64,000 nucleotides of DNA from a virus, in the IMG/VR virus record IMGVR_UViG_3300006175_000011, positions 3,017 to 67,016 of that record; one strand, given 5' to 3'. This document shows positions 54,689 to 63,918 of this stretch, one piece after another; position 1 is the stretch's first letter; each line of letters opens with the position of its first letter. A program made the translations under genes and the position numbers. The notes beneath the pieces were generated by a model. It was not told the origin of the DNA and ran no database searches. It worked only from the letters and a program-made list of their open reading frames with translations.

Positions 54689-56247
54689 TGGCTCTTCCTG
54701 ATTACATCTTCACAGAGGGTTTCGACAAGTACGGCCCCACGGGAGAGCCGAACATCTCCACCAACATTACCCTATTCGGCGAGTGGACCAGTGCTATCTT
54801 GAATAGCGGTCCCGGAGGTATGAACCTAGTAGCCGCACTCTCAGGAACGGGTTATGCGCTTAGCATATCGGAGGCAGGTTCTTCCGGTGGTACTCTGTTA
54901 AACAAGACGGTATCGGGAAACTTTCCACGCGTTCTTGGGGGTTATACTTTTTCCGTCGCTACACTCTCGGGCGGAAATCAACAGGGTATTCAATTCAACG
55001 ACGGATCCACCGCCCAATTGTCCATCGGCATCAACGACTCCGGCCATATTGAGGTTCGTAGGGGAGGATTTGCCTCGGGCACGGTTATAGGAACTTCCAC
55101 GAGTTCTTACTCACCGGGAACTAACCACGTCCTTGAGTATGACGTTACCTTCAGTGCGGCCTCCGGTATAGTTAAGATTTGGGTGGATACTATCCTTACC
55201 TCCATAAACCTGACAGGTCAGAATACCAAAACCACCGCTAATGCTTACTCGAATGCCTTCACCCTCGGAGCGGGTACGAACTTCAACTCCTATAATATCA
55301 CCTTCGATCACCTCTATTTCTGGGGATACCTCGCGGCAGGCGGATCAGAAACACCCGCATTAACTAACCCAATCATCGAGACGCAGTTCCCGATCAGCGA
55401 CGACACAAAGGTCTTCACCTTCGGTGCTGCGGTGTTTGGGCAGGTTTATTCTACAGTCGCGACAACGACCACGAATGCTCCCGGCGCGAATCGTCTATCA
55501 TTGAGGAAGTACACCGCTGAAGTCGCCGGCACTCTTAACGCGATCAACATTATCCCCGGCGCGACTAGCGTTGGTGTAAAAAACAAGGGAGTTATCTACG
55601 CAGACTCCTCGGGAGCACCGGGGACTCTGTTGTCCTCCGGTAACGAGATTGTGGGGATGACCAGTGGAACAACCTTACTCTTGCCCCTAGTAACCCCTCA
55701 ATCCCTGGTAGCCGGCACTGTCTACTGGATCGGGTATATCACCGACACTAGCGTGGCTGTGAGAGTCACCGATGCAAGCAACCTCGGCTATGGTGCCGCT
55801 AACACCTATGCCTCCGGTGCTCCCGGCACAGCTCCGGCGATGACCTCGGCTCAGTCAAGTTGGATGATGTGGGGAAGCGTCTCTGGTGTTGCAACAAACT
55901 GGAACGAGGTGAACAAGAATCCGCCACTCGGTAACCTCAGCTACGTTCAATCTTCAACGATTGGCGATGAGGATCTGTATAATTTCCCCGCCCTCAGCAG
56001 CACTCCTTCTGTGGTTTACTCGGTCGCAGTCAAGGCAAACGTGGCAAAGAGCGACTCCGGTGCTAGAACTGTAGACCTTCGAACCAAGTCTGTGTCAACC
56101 TCCAGTTCCGGTAGCAATACGGGATTGGCTCCCTTGACCACCTACAGTTTCTTAGCTTCCTACTTCACGGTCGATCCAGCAACGGGCGTAGCTTGGGTAG
56201 GATCGGGTGTCAATGCCGCAAGGCATGGCTTGAAGATCGCTTCGTAA
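54688..56247 (+). CDS. Tail fibre/adhesin; paralogue of 48660-49796 with inserted domain
   Basis: EGFD.Y start; DPATG.AW....VNA...G.K end. Confidence 0.65.
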   Translation: MALPDYIFTEGFDKYGPTGEPNISTNITLFGEWTSAILNSGPGGMNLVAALSGTGYALSISEAGSSGGTLLNKTVSGNFPRVLGGYTFSVATLSGGNQQGIQFNDGSTAQLSIGINDSGHIEVRRGGFASGTVIGTSTSSYSPGTNHVLEYDVTFSAASGIVKIWVDTILTSINLTGQNTKTTANAYSNAFTLGAGTNFNSYNITFDHLYFWGYLAAGGSETPALTNPIIETQFPISDDTKVFTFGAAVFGQVYSTVATTTTNAPGANRLSLRKYTAEVAGTLNAINIIPGATSVGVKNKGVIYADSSGAPGTLLSSGNEIVGMTSGTTLLLPLVTPQSLVAGTVYWIGYITDTSVAVRVTDASNLGYGAANTYASGAPGTAPAMTSAQSSWMMWGSVSGVATNWNEVNKNPPLGNLSYVQSSTIGDEDLYNFPALSSTPSVVYSVAVKANVAKSDSGARTVDLRTKSVSTSSSGSNTGLAPLTTYSFLASYFTVDPATGVAWVGSGVNAARHGLKIAS

Positions 56248-56248
56248 G

Positions 56249-56704
56249 ATGGCTCTGGGAACCTTTACCTGGTTTGACAAGGCGCTCGTCAAGATCGCCA
56301 ACGGAACCATCAATCTTGCGGGCACCAACTTCAATGTGGTGCTTGCGACTATCAGTCAACCTATGTCGAAGTCATTTGTGGGATCGTCGGGAGCCGCACG
56401 TTACGCCGACCTTACTGCGGAACTTGCAACGGCAAACGGATACACCAATGGTGGTCTTGCATTAAGTGGTTTCAGCTTGATCGGGTCAGGATCCTCAGTC
56501 AGCTGGAGTACCGCCGCAATGACTTGGACCTTGACCGGGGGCGGCATAGCATTTCGGTATGCCTTGATCTTCGATAACTCGGCGACCAATAAAGACTTAC
56601 TTTGTTTCCTTGACATGGATACTTCGGCCGGAAGCAACATTACCGTGTCCGCGGGTCCTTTGGTTATTACGCCTAATCCCTCAATTGTAGGCTGGAGTTC
56701 TTAA
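56249..56704 (+). CDS. Tail fibre-associated structural protein
   Basis: E..TANGYT.GG..L, WT..GG.I..RYA.I. Confidence 0.6.
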   Translation: MALGTFTWFDKALVKIANGTINLAGTNFNVVLATISQPMSKSFVGSSGAARYADLTAELATANGYTNGGLALSGFSLIGSGSSVSWSTAAMTWTLTGGGIAFRYALIFDNSATNKDLLCFLDMDTSAGSNITVSAGPLVITPNPSIVGWSS

Positions 56705-56705
56705 G

Positions 56706-58052
56706 ATGGGCACTGCTACCAACCTACTTAATCGCGTTAAGGTAAATACCGCCACCACCGGGACGGGAACGGTCAACCTTGGAACTGCATCAGGGTTCTA
56801 TCAGACTTTTGTTGCCGCGGGTGCTATATCGGGTCAAATCTATTCTTACCTGATCGAGGATGCCGCCGCTTGGGAGATCGGGTATGGTATTTACACTGCG
56901 GGCAGCCCGGGGACTTTAACTCGTTTGATGACGCAATCTTCCACAGGATCTTTACTCAACCTTTCTGGCAGCGCTACCGTCGCCTGCGTTGCTTTGGCCG
57001 ATAGCTACGATCACGGTTTCTGGACACCCGCCCCCGCATTTCTGCTTAATCCATCAGCGCTCGCCGCAACTCCCACGGGTGCTTTTAGCGGGACAGCTCT
57101 ACAAGCACTGCAGGCTTACTATGTCGATAGTTTCTTCTGGACAACCACATCGGGCGCACAACAACTTGTTATGGATTTTGTTGACAGCGTTCCTCTTGCC
57201 GGTATTATGCCCATTCAGAATGTTGCCGGAGCTCAGGGATTGTGGGACATCGGAGGCTCTACTGACAACGTAAGCTACACAACCCTTGCGGCTAGTCAAG
57301 ATTGGGGAACTAATCAATACTCGCCCATAACCTTTAACAACACAAGCTATTATCGCTACTACCGTTTGCTTAAGGCATCGGGTTCAACCTCTAGTACACC
57401 TTATCAGCGATGGTTCCACTTCAAGGCTCTTGCTCAGTCTCGAATTAGTACGGGAGCGGCTGCCCCCTCAATTCGCAATAGCTCAATCACCTCCTCCAGC
57501 AATAACGTCTATACTGTTACCTGGCCTTCGGGCGCCGCTGCAAATGACACGGTCTTTATTTTCGTGGGTCATGGTTACGGGTACAGCAGTAATTCGGGAA
57601 CAGCCTGGAATGTTGCTCAGAACCTGACGGGATCGAACTTCAATGGCGTGATGCTTTACAAGACATTAACTGCTGCGGATATCACCGCCGGATCAATGAC
57701 GATCACCATGGGAGGTTCCTATAATGGTGTCATTTGTGCGGTCTGCATGGTAGGGACAGTTAATGTTCGCGGCATATCTGCTTCGCGTAATGGGTCGGGC
57801 TCGTCCCCCATTGTTCTTCCCACCACTGTCGCCCCTCAGGTTAATGATCGCGTACTACACTTCGGGTCCAACCGCGGAAACTCGGTCAATACTGTGAGTC
57901 TTGGAACAAGTGTCCAAAACGTTGCAGCTGTGGAGGCGTCCGGTATTCTCACGAGTCAGTCTATATCAAGCGCGGGGAATATCTCTCCAAGCTTTGCCTA
58001 TGCGACGCCCGGATCGGGTAACTATCAAGCTTCAGTGTCGATGTATCAGTAA
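56706..58052 (+). CDS. Tail fibre/receptor-binding protein with discoidin-like domain
   Basis: [20 protein letters not shown]-terminus; [15 protein letters not shown]. Confidence 0.72.
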   Translation: MGTATNLLNRVKVNTATTGTGTVNLGTASGFYQTFVAAGAISGQIYSYLIEDAAAWEIGYGIYTAGSPGTLTRLMTQSSTGSLLNLSGSATVACVALADSYDHGFWTPAPAFLLNPSALAATPTGAFSGTALQALQAYYVDSFFWTTTSGAQQLVMDFVDSVPLAGIMPIQNVAGAQGLWDIGGSTDNVSYTTLAASQDWGTNQYSPITFNNTSYYRYYRLLKASGSTSSTPYQRWFHFKALAQSRISTGAAAPSIRNSSITSSSNNVYTVTWPSGAAANDTVFIFVGHGYGYSSNSGTAWNVAQNLTGSNFNGVMLYKTLTAADITAGSMTITMGGSYNGVICAVCMVGTVNVRGISASRNGSGSSPIVLPTTVAPQVNDRVLHFGSNRGNSVNTVSLGTSVQNVAAVEASGILTSQSISSAGNISPSFAYATPGSGNYQASVSMYQ

Positions 58053-58645
58053 TGGCCGGCTTTGATCCCATTGGCTCACCGCCAGTTGCTTCACTGGGTG
58101 GTGGATCGATACCGCCGGGGTATTATTATCCTGGTCCCGGTATTCTAACCTTTGGCGGCTTCTCACCAATCACCACGGGCATCACGCCAACCTTTGCGTC
58201 GGTGGTATTCCGCGAGGCTCTGTATTCAGGTAACAGTGCTACAAGGATATCTATACTAAGTCGCGAGTCCTTGTATGCCGCCACAGCTGTACTAAGGGAA
58301 GGACTAGCCGTTCGAGAGATAATGATCTCGAGCACATCACCGCTTCCTCGCACCGTATCACTTCATTCAATTAGTCGAGAAATCCTGAAGTCTTTCCACT
58401 CGACCTCAATGTCGGCGATTGCTCGCGAGGTTCTACACGACGCTACGGCTACCACTCGGATTGCTGAGGTATCTCGAGAAATTCTCTTTGCGATAAGTTC
58501 CGCTGTTAAAGACAGTCAACTAATCCGTGAAGCTTTGTATGCTGCTAATCCTCGTGCTGCAATATCCAGCGTAGTTCGAGAAGTCATGAGATCCGGCGGT
58601 GTTGCGGCTACGCAGGATGACGGGTTTGTATCAATTCTTTGGTAG
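58052..58645 (+). CDS. Structural protein with eight RE(hydrophobic)x repeats
   Basis: REALY/RESLY/REIMI/REILK/REVLH/REILF/REALY/REVMR at ~17-aa spacing. Confidence 0.6.
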   Translation: MAGFDPIGSPPVASLGGGSIPPGYYYPGPGILTFGGFSPITTGITPTFASVVFREALYSGNSATRISILSRESLYAATAVLREGLAVREIMISSTSPLPRTVSLHSISREILKSFHSTSMSAIAREVLHDATATTRIAEVSREILFAISSAVKDSQLIREALYAANPRAAISSVVREVMRSGGVAATQDDGFVSILW

Positions 58646-58655
58646 GAGAAAGACT

Positions 58656-59159
58656 ATGCATATCTGGGGCGACAGCAATAAGTCAAAGATCGCTTTGCTT
58701 CATCCGAACTTTCAGAGGGTGTTGAACCGTTACATCGAGATCTCGCGTCACGACTCGACTATCGTGGAGGGTCTTCGCACAGACGAACAATGCTACATCA
58801 ACTTCGGCAAAGGTCGTACGGCAGCTCAATGCCTGGCCGGTGGGTGTCCCGCGAAGTATGCTCAGCCGTCACTGGCGAAGGTCACCTGGCTCGGCCACGC
58901 GCTGTCGAGTAATCATCGCAAGCAGGCCGACGGTTGGGGACACGCTGCGGATATATACCCGTACCCTGTGAGCCTGGTGCTCGGTCGTCCCGACAAGGAG
59001 TGGTTGCCGATCTTCAAGGAAATGAATGAGGACATGATCCAGGCCGCAAAGGATGTCGGCATGGCGGGCAAGATCCGCTACGGGGCGGATTGGAACGGCA
59101 ACAACGTGTTGCATGAGCGGGGAGAGACCGACAACCCGCATTGGGAATATGTCGGATAA
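58656..59159 (+). CDS. Endolysin, M15 (L-Ala-D-Glu peptidase-like)
   Basis: LHP, EGLRT..Q, SNH...GHAAD, DNPHWE; AGGAG SD. Confidence 0.87.
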   Translation: MHIWGDSNKSKIALLHPNFQRVLNRYIEISRHDSTIVEGLRTDEQCYINFGKGRTAAQCLAGGCPAKYAQPSLAKVTWLGHALSSNHRKQADGWGHAADIYPYPVSLVLGRPDKEWLPIFKEMNEDMIQAAKDVGMAGKIRYGADWNGNNVLHERGETDNPHWEYVG

Positions 59160-59169
59160 GGAGGAATGT

Positions 59170-59544
59170 ATGGTTGACATGCCGGACTACGACAAACCCT
59201 TGGATGAAGATCCCGCAGTGCTGAAGGTGAATGCCTCAGCGTCTGTGGCACTTCTCGGGGTGGCTCTGAGGCAGATCGGATTGATCGGCGGCGGTGTCGC
59301 CTCGATCTACAGCTACCTCGGTGCTCACGATATCAAGGGACTCTTCACCTACCTCGGAAGTCATGAGTTCCTGGTAATCGTCCTGATGTTGGGGGGCTTC
59401 GTCGCAACAGCTTGGGGATACGTCACCGCGTGGACTCACAAGAAGCTGTTGCGGGAAGTCGCCGACACCAAACCCTCGGACATCGTTATCGTCCATGAAG
59501 GGTTTTGGTATCGGCTGACACATCTGTTTACCGGGGACAGATAA
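59170..59544 (+). CDS. Putative holin (2 TM)
   Basis: Follows the endolysin; AAGGAGG SD; two hydrophobic helices. Confidence 0.6.
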   Translation: MVDMPDYDKPLDEDPAVLKVNASASVALLGVALRQIGLIGGGVASIYSYLGAHDIKGLFTYLGSHEFLVIVLMLGGFVATAWGYVTAWTHKKLLREVADTKPSDIVIVHEGFWYRLTHLFTGDR

Positions 59545-59546
59545 CC

Positions 59547-60209
59547 CTAGGAGATAGCACCAAAATCAGATCCGCCTAGGCGGAGAGTGGGAGTCGGCTT
59601 GAATTGTCCCTCCGAGTCGGCTCCCACTTCATATTCATACTTCTCGAACTCTTCCTGCACAGCAAGGCTCAGCTCAAGTGCATTCTGCTGCTGACGCAAC
59701 AGTCCTTCGATATTTTCGATCTTGCCCTTGAAGATCTCGGCGATAGGGTCCTGTTCCTGAAGTGACTTGAAACGACTCGCTAGCTTTTTGGCTATGCGAA
59801 GTTTCTTCTCCGTCGCTTTGATGTCGGCAACAACTTGACGCCGTGACGTCTTCATGCTGACAACGATCTTCAACTTGATGTCTTGCCAATCGACGTTGCT
59901 CTCTCCCGCACTGAACGGATGATCTGCGGCAGTCACCTCCGAGTCGATGACGTTCTGGATCATGCCGTCCATCACCGAACGAATAGCCTCCGGAGTTACC
60001 GGATTGGGATCGGTCTTGCCGGTCTCATCGTAGCGCTTGCGTCGCTCAGGATCGCTGAGTATGTCAAACGCTTCTTTGATCTCTTCGAACTTCGCCTTGT
60101 CGCCGCCATCCTTGTCGGGATGGTAGATCTTCGACAGCGCACGATACTGCGCCTTGACCTGTGCGAGTCCGGCATCCCGGTCTACCTGCAAGACATCGTA
60201 CGGGTTCAC
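59547..60209 (-). CDS. J-domain (DnaJ-like) co-chaperone
   Basis: NPYDVL..YR.L...YHPDK.GGD...F..I.EAF.ILSDPERR.RYD. Confidence 0.88.
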   Translation of the reverse strand: MNPYDVLQVDRDAGLAQVKAQYRALSKIYHPDKDGGDKAKFEEIKEAFDILSDPERRKRYDETGKTDPNPVTPEAIRSVMDGMIQNVIDSEVTAADHPFSAGESNVDWQDIKLKIVVSMKTSRRQVVADIKATEKKLRIAKKLASRFKSLQEQDPIAEIFKGKIENIEGLLRQQQNALELSLAVQEEFEKYEYEVGADSEGQFKPTPTLRLGGSDFGAIS

Positions 60210-60526
60210 TGCTTGATTTCCTTTGTCGTCAGGTTATGCGCAGCCGCCCAATCGATGATCGACTGACGCATAGAGTCATAGAGGGAAGTCTTCGCATCAT
60301 TGCGACGTTGACAGCCCGCGTAATCATATGCAGCGTTGGCGTCTTCGGTCACGATTGTTGCGATAGACTTATCGTGGAGCTGGTTCAGGGGCAGGCACCG
60401 GGCACGTAACTCCGCCGTCAGCGGTGGCGGCACAGGGACTACTGTTGCTGGCGCTGCGGGCCTTGTTGAGGACCCGAAGCATCCCGTCAGAGATACCAGC
60501 ATTGGGATCAGTAAAGCGTACTTCAC
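60206..60526 (-). CDS. Outer-membrane spanin (Rz1-like lipoprotein)
   Basis: Signal peptide with LTGC lipobox, Pro-rich, overlaps the i-spanin. Confidence 0.75.
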   Translation of the reverse strand: MKYALLIPMLVSLTGCFGSSTRPAAPATVVPVPPPLTAELRARCLPLNQLHDKSIATIVTEDANAAYDYAGCQRRNDAKTSLYDSMRQSIIDWAAAHNLTTKEIKQ

Positions 60527-60830
60527 TCTTTATCTCCTTCGTGAGCGTGGGTTGAACGATTGTCTTGTTCTCGATGTCGAGGTTGCTGAGTTGATCGTGG
60601 AGTTTCTGATCGACACCCGTAAGGAAAGTTTGCATTTTAGCTTCCGCTGCTTTCTTGTCCTCGTTCAACATTCCTTGAAGCTTGAGGTTAACAGCATCCT
60701 GTCGAGCTTGAGCCAGTTTGTTCTGAGTCTCCGCTCGTTGATAACCTTGATGATCGATGAACCACACAGCCGCGGCTAAGGCCAACGCCGCTACGCCGTA
60801 GGGAACAAGTTTCAATAACCATAGTGGCAT
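60369..60830 (-). CDS. Inner-membrane spanin (Rz-like)
   Basis: N-terminal TM segment plus coiled coil; overlapped by the lipoprotein gene. Confidence 0.72.
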   Translation of the reverse strand: MPLWLLKLVPYGVAALALAAAVWFIDHQGYQRAETQNKLAQARQDAVNLKLQGMLNEDKKAAEAKMQTFLTGVDQKLHDQLSNLDIENKTIVQPTLTKEIKSEVRFTDPNAGISDGMLRVLNKARSASNSSPCAATADGGVTCPVPAPEPAPR

Positions 60831-60831
60831 G

Positions 60832-61224
60832 TTACTTCTCCTTGATCTTGACTTGATAGAGCTTGTGAACCCAGGTGACTAACTCGGGTGATGCGCGATA
60901 GCCCGCATTCCACACTGTCGAGATCTTGCCCTGTGCGCCGGCACGCTGGAGCACCTTGCGAAGTCTGGTGATGTTGACTGCGAAGATCTTGGGCTCGGGG
61001 CCGCCGTCACTGCGATCACTATAGAAGATGACGTGGAGAGCATTGCGTGAAACGATGGCAGGTGAACGCTTCACGAGGATATGCAGTATCAAGGCCATGC
61101 GGTTGGTCATGCCAAACCCAAGAGACTGGAGGACACCCACTTCCTCACTCGATCCGGTGAATGCGGATAACTGCTGCTTGAGCAGCTCAATCTCGTCTTC
61201 GAGTTCTTGTTCCCTTGATACCAT
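60832..61224 (-). CDS. OmpR/CtrA-type winged-helix DNA-binding protein lacking a receiver domain
   Basis: PEPKIFAVNITRLRK.L...ISTVWNAGY; short N-terminal coiled coil. Confidence 0.78.
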   Translation of the reverse strand: MVSREQELEDEIELLKQQLSAFTGSSEEVGVLQSLGFGMTNRMALILHILVKRSPAIVSRNALHVIFYSDRSDGGPEPKIFAVNITRLRKVLQRAGAQGKISTVWNAGYRASPELVTWVHKLYQVKIKEK

Positions 61225-61484
61225 TACTGCCCCCAACCCGGCTGTCGAATGTTGGCAGCATGATACTTCCTGGCAATGTTTTGGTCAACGGGCACCTATT
61301 AACGCGTATCGATCGACGCGATATGGCACGATGTCGTCGCGCTGAGCGCGTCGTGAGGCGTGTTTGCTAGGTGTCACGTCGCGTTATGCGTCAACGCCTA
61401 GCGAAATCGCCTAAGGCAGCCAAGAAAAAACCCCCGACGCGCGATGGCATCGAGGGCTTTTCGTCTCAGACCGCAGCTGAGGGA

Positions 61485-61844
61485 TCAGTCGTCCGACTTG
61501 TCCTTCTTGCCCTTGGCCTTCTTACCCTTGGCGGGCTTTTCCTCGGCTTTCGCCTTCTTGCCCTTGGCCGGCTTCTCGTCGGAGTCGTCGGAGCTGATCT
61601 GGTCGATCACTTCCTGCATCTCCTTCTTGGTGTCCCAGCCATAGGACTTGCCGGCCTTTTCGATGCTGGCATTGCGCAGCTTGACGCGAACCGACGCGGG
61701 CTTCAGATCCATCGCCTTGGCGATGTCCTCGACGCCGAACTCGAACTCGGGCGCGGCCTCCTTCGTCTTGGTCTCGGTTTCCTTGTTCTTGCCCTTGGCC
61801 TTCGTGTCGGCCTTCGAGCCCTTGTCCTTCTTCGCCATCGTCAT
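61485..61844 (-). CDS. Lys-rich histone-like protein with central HTH-like domain (paralogue family)
   Basis: FGVEDIAKAMDLKPASVRVKLRN..IEK.GKSYGW; KPAKGKKAK repeats. Confidence 0.72.
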   Translation of the reverse strand: MTMAKKDKGSKADTKAKGKNKETETKTKEAAPEFEFGVEDIAKAMDLKPASVRVKLRNASIEKAGKSYGWDTKKEMQEVIDQISSDDSDEKPAKGKKAKAEEKPAKGKKAKGKKDKSDD

Positions 61845-61849
61845 ATCCC

Positions 61850-63451
61850 TCAGGTTAAGCGATCATAGAACGTTTCTGTGATCGACTTCTTCTTCTTTAC
61901 AGCAGAAACGACGTCCGTGTCAATAGACTTACGTGCCGCGAAGATAAAAAATTCTGCGGGCTCGTTTTGTTCCAAGAAGTCGCCTCGACTAAGCATCTGA
62001 TCGAAATCGATAAAAGAATGACCCATGGAGTATACGAAAAACTTACGCGCGCGATACAAATCGACACCCACGCCGCCTGTTCGTTGCTGGCATATCATCC
62101 ACTTGAGTTTGCCGGCTTGAAAATCGAGGAGCATGTTTGTCCGTCGCTTGTCGCGTTTGATATCCTTGACCTTACCCCACAGGGACGCTCCCGGCCCTAG
62201 TTCGAGGCGTTCGAGCATGCGGTGAAGTCGATGAACCTCAAAGACGTACTTGCAGAAGATGACGAACGGTTCTTTCTTCTTGACGCGTTCGAGGATGTGC
62301 TGACGCATAAGCCGACGCTTTGTTGTTCCCGTTTGATGAACCTCGCCGTCTTCATCTTTGATATGCCCGCCGGTCAGCTGTTGAAGTTTTCCGATCTTGG
62401 TTATCTTCAAGGGAGTCTTGATGACCACGCCTTTGTGCTTCACGACCATCGTCTTCTCGAGCTGATCGTATCGGCGACGTTCCCGTGGGTCTAAGTCAAA
62501 TCGAATGATCTTGATCTTGGCCGGTACAATACCCGCATCCTGTTTCGAGATACGCATAACGTGGGGACTGACCAAGTCCGCGAACTCGTCAAGTCGATCC
62601 TCCCGCATTGGTGCTTTGCGTTTGGCTATCTGGTATGCAAGCAACATCTTCTTACGTTGGATCATGCCCATCTTTTTCTTGAGATCGATGCTTGGCTGCA
62701 CTAAGAAGTGAGCTTCGAAGTGTTTCCACACATCCCCGAGTGCTGTGACCTCCACGAAACGCATGATACCCCACAGGTCTTTGGGGTCAAGATCCATCGG
62801 GGTTCCGGTGAGCGCTAGGCGACGACGTGCGCTCTTGGCGATCAACGCTGCATCGCGTGATGATTGCGAGCTGCGGTTCTTAAGACGTTGAGCCTCGTCC
62901 CAGATGAAGTAATCCCACTTGCGTCGTTTGAGTTTATCTCGGATCGGTGTGACCTGTTCGGGATTGAGCAGAAGGACGCGATAACCTGTGGGATTGTTCT
63001 TTTTGTCTTTGTCGTATGAAACTAGATCACGGTGCACCGAGTACCAGGGGAGGCGCTCGCTTAGGAACTTTTCCCAGGTGCTGGACAAATTGGTGAGTGG
63101 CCCAACGAGCAGAACGTCGTGGCACTCTTGCTTTAGAACGGTTAGAACGGCGCCCGTAACCCAGGTCTTCCCCGTGCGCTGAGCGAAGAGTGCGGCAAAT
63201 CCACTTGTAGAGACGATCGCCTCTGTACCGGTTCGCTGATGCGGCCTGAGCTTCTTTAACCAGGGATATTGCTTGCTCAGGCGTTTCCACGATACATGCG
63301 ATAGCTCCCTCGTCCCGCCATTCAGCGAGAGTTTGGAGTTGAATGTCCGAAGGCTTTCCTTCGAGAGGGAGTTTGACTTCGAACTTGAAGCTGATCCCGC
63401 CACAGACGCCGTCGATGTCCGGTTGACCGCTTTCTTGGAATGCCGACCCAT
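61850..63451 (-). CDS. SNF2-family helicase (start uncertain)
   Basis: LRPHQ, QRTGKT, WDEAQ, LTGTP, GGVGVDL, Q..SR. Confidence 0.88.
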   Translation of the reverse strand: MGRHSKKAVNRTSTASVAGSASSSKSNSLSKESLRTFNSKLSLNGGTRELSHVSWKRLSKQYPWLKKLRPHQRTGTEAIVSTSGFAALFAQRTGKTWVTGAVLTVLKQECHDVLLVGPLTNLSSTWEKFLSERLPWYSVHRDLVSYDKDKKNNPTGYRVLLLNPEQVTPIRDKLKRRKWDYFIWDEAQRLKNRSSQSSRDAALIAKSARRRLALTGTPMDLDPKDLWGIMRFVEVTALGDVWKHFEAHFLVQPSIDLKKKMGMIQRKKMLLAYQIAKRKAPMREDRLDEFADLVSPHVMRISKQDAGIVPAKIKIIRFDLDPRERRRYDQLEKTMVVKHKGVVIKTPLKITKIGKLQQLTGGHIKDEDGEVHQTGTTKRRLMRQHILERVKKKEPFVIFCKYVFEVHRLHRMLERLELGPGASLWGKVKDIKRDKRRTNMLLDFQAGKLKWMICQQRTGGVGVDLYRARKFFVYSMGHSFIDFDQMLSRGDFLEQNEPAEFFIFAARKSIDTDVVSAVKKKKSITETFYDRLT

Positions 63452-63536
63452 GAACCTTCCACCACTTCCCGCCGCACTCGGCTTTAAGGCGTTTCTTAAT
63501 TCGCTGTTGAAGTCGACTCTCCGATTTCTTAGCCAT
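63027..63536 (-). CDS. VRR-NUC nuclease (Holliday junction resolvase-like)
   Basis: ES.LQ..I, KVHG, GQPDI, FEVK, S.IQ. Confidence 0.85.
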   Translation of the reverse strand: MAKKSESRLQQRIKKRLKAECGGKWWKVHGSAFQESGQPDIDGVCGGISFKFEVKLPLEGKPSDIQLQTLAEWRDEGAIACIVETPEQAISLVKEAQAASANRYRGDRLYKWICRTLRSAHGEDLGYGRRSNRSKARVPRRSARWATHQFVQHLGKVPKRAPPLVLGAP

Positions 63537-63918
63537 GAGTCTCTTCAGCCAGAAGAGCTAGACAACTTTCGATGGTATCACCAGGTCGCCGACGCCACTC
63601 GATCTGTGGGTTATTGAACCAGGTGCCGTTCTCCCGGCCCGGGTCGCCGATCAATATCACTCGTTTGCCGAGCGCTAACGCCGCACCGAGTTCCACGAGC
63701 ACTCCCTTGAGACGTTCATCTGGAGCTACAACGGCGATCAGGACATCGCAGTTCGCTACGTCCTCCATGCACCACGTCCACAACTCAGCAAAATTTACCT
63801 CGTCATCCGACAGGCCATCTGCAACGTCGATCCATCGTGAAATGAAAGGGGCACCAGCGTCACGAAGCTCACGCCACCGCGGGCGTCGTATTGCCTTCGA
63901 GGCAATGTAAATCTTCAT
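63529..63918 (-). CDS. Nucleoside 2-deoxyribosyltransferase/nucleotide N-hydrolase-like protein
   Basis: KIYIAS, D...CDVL, G..VELGAALALGKRV. Confidence 0.75.
   Translation of the reverse strand: MKIYIASKAIRRPRWRELRDAGAPFISRWIDVADGLSDDEVNFAELWTWCMEDVANCDVLIAVVAPDERLKGVLVELGAALALGKRVILIGDPGRENGTWFNNPQIEWRRRPGDTIESCLALLAEETHG

Noticed and set aside
33464-60779. Numerous antisense and alternate-frame ORFs within structural genes
   Set aside because: They are shadow ORFs of codon-biased genes, with no SD or recognisable motifs
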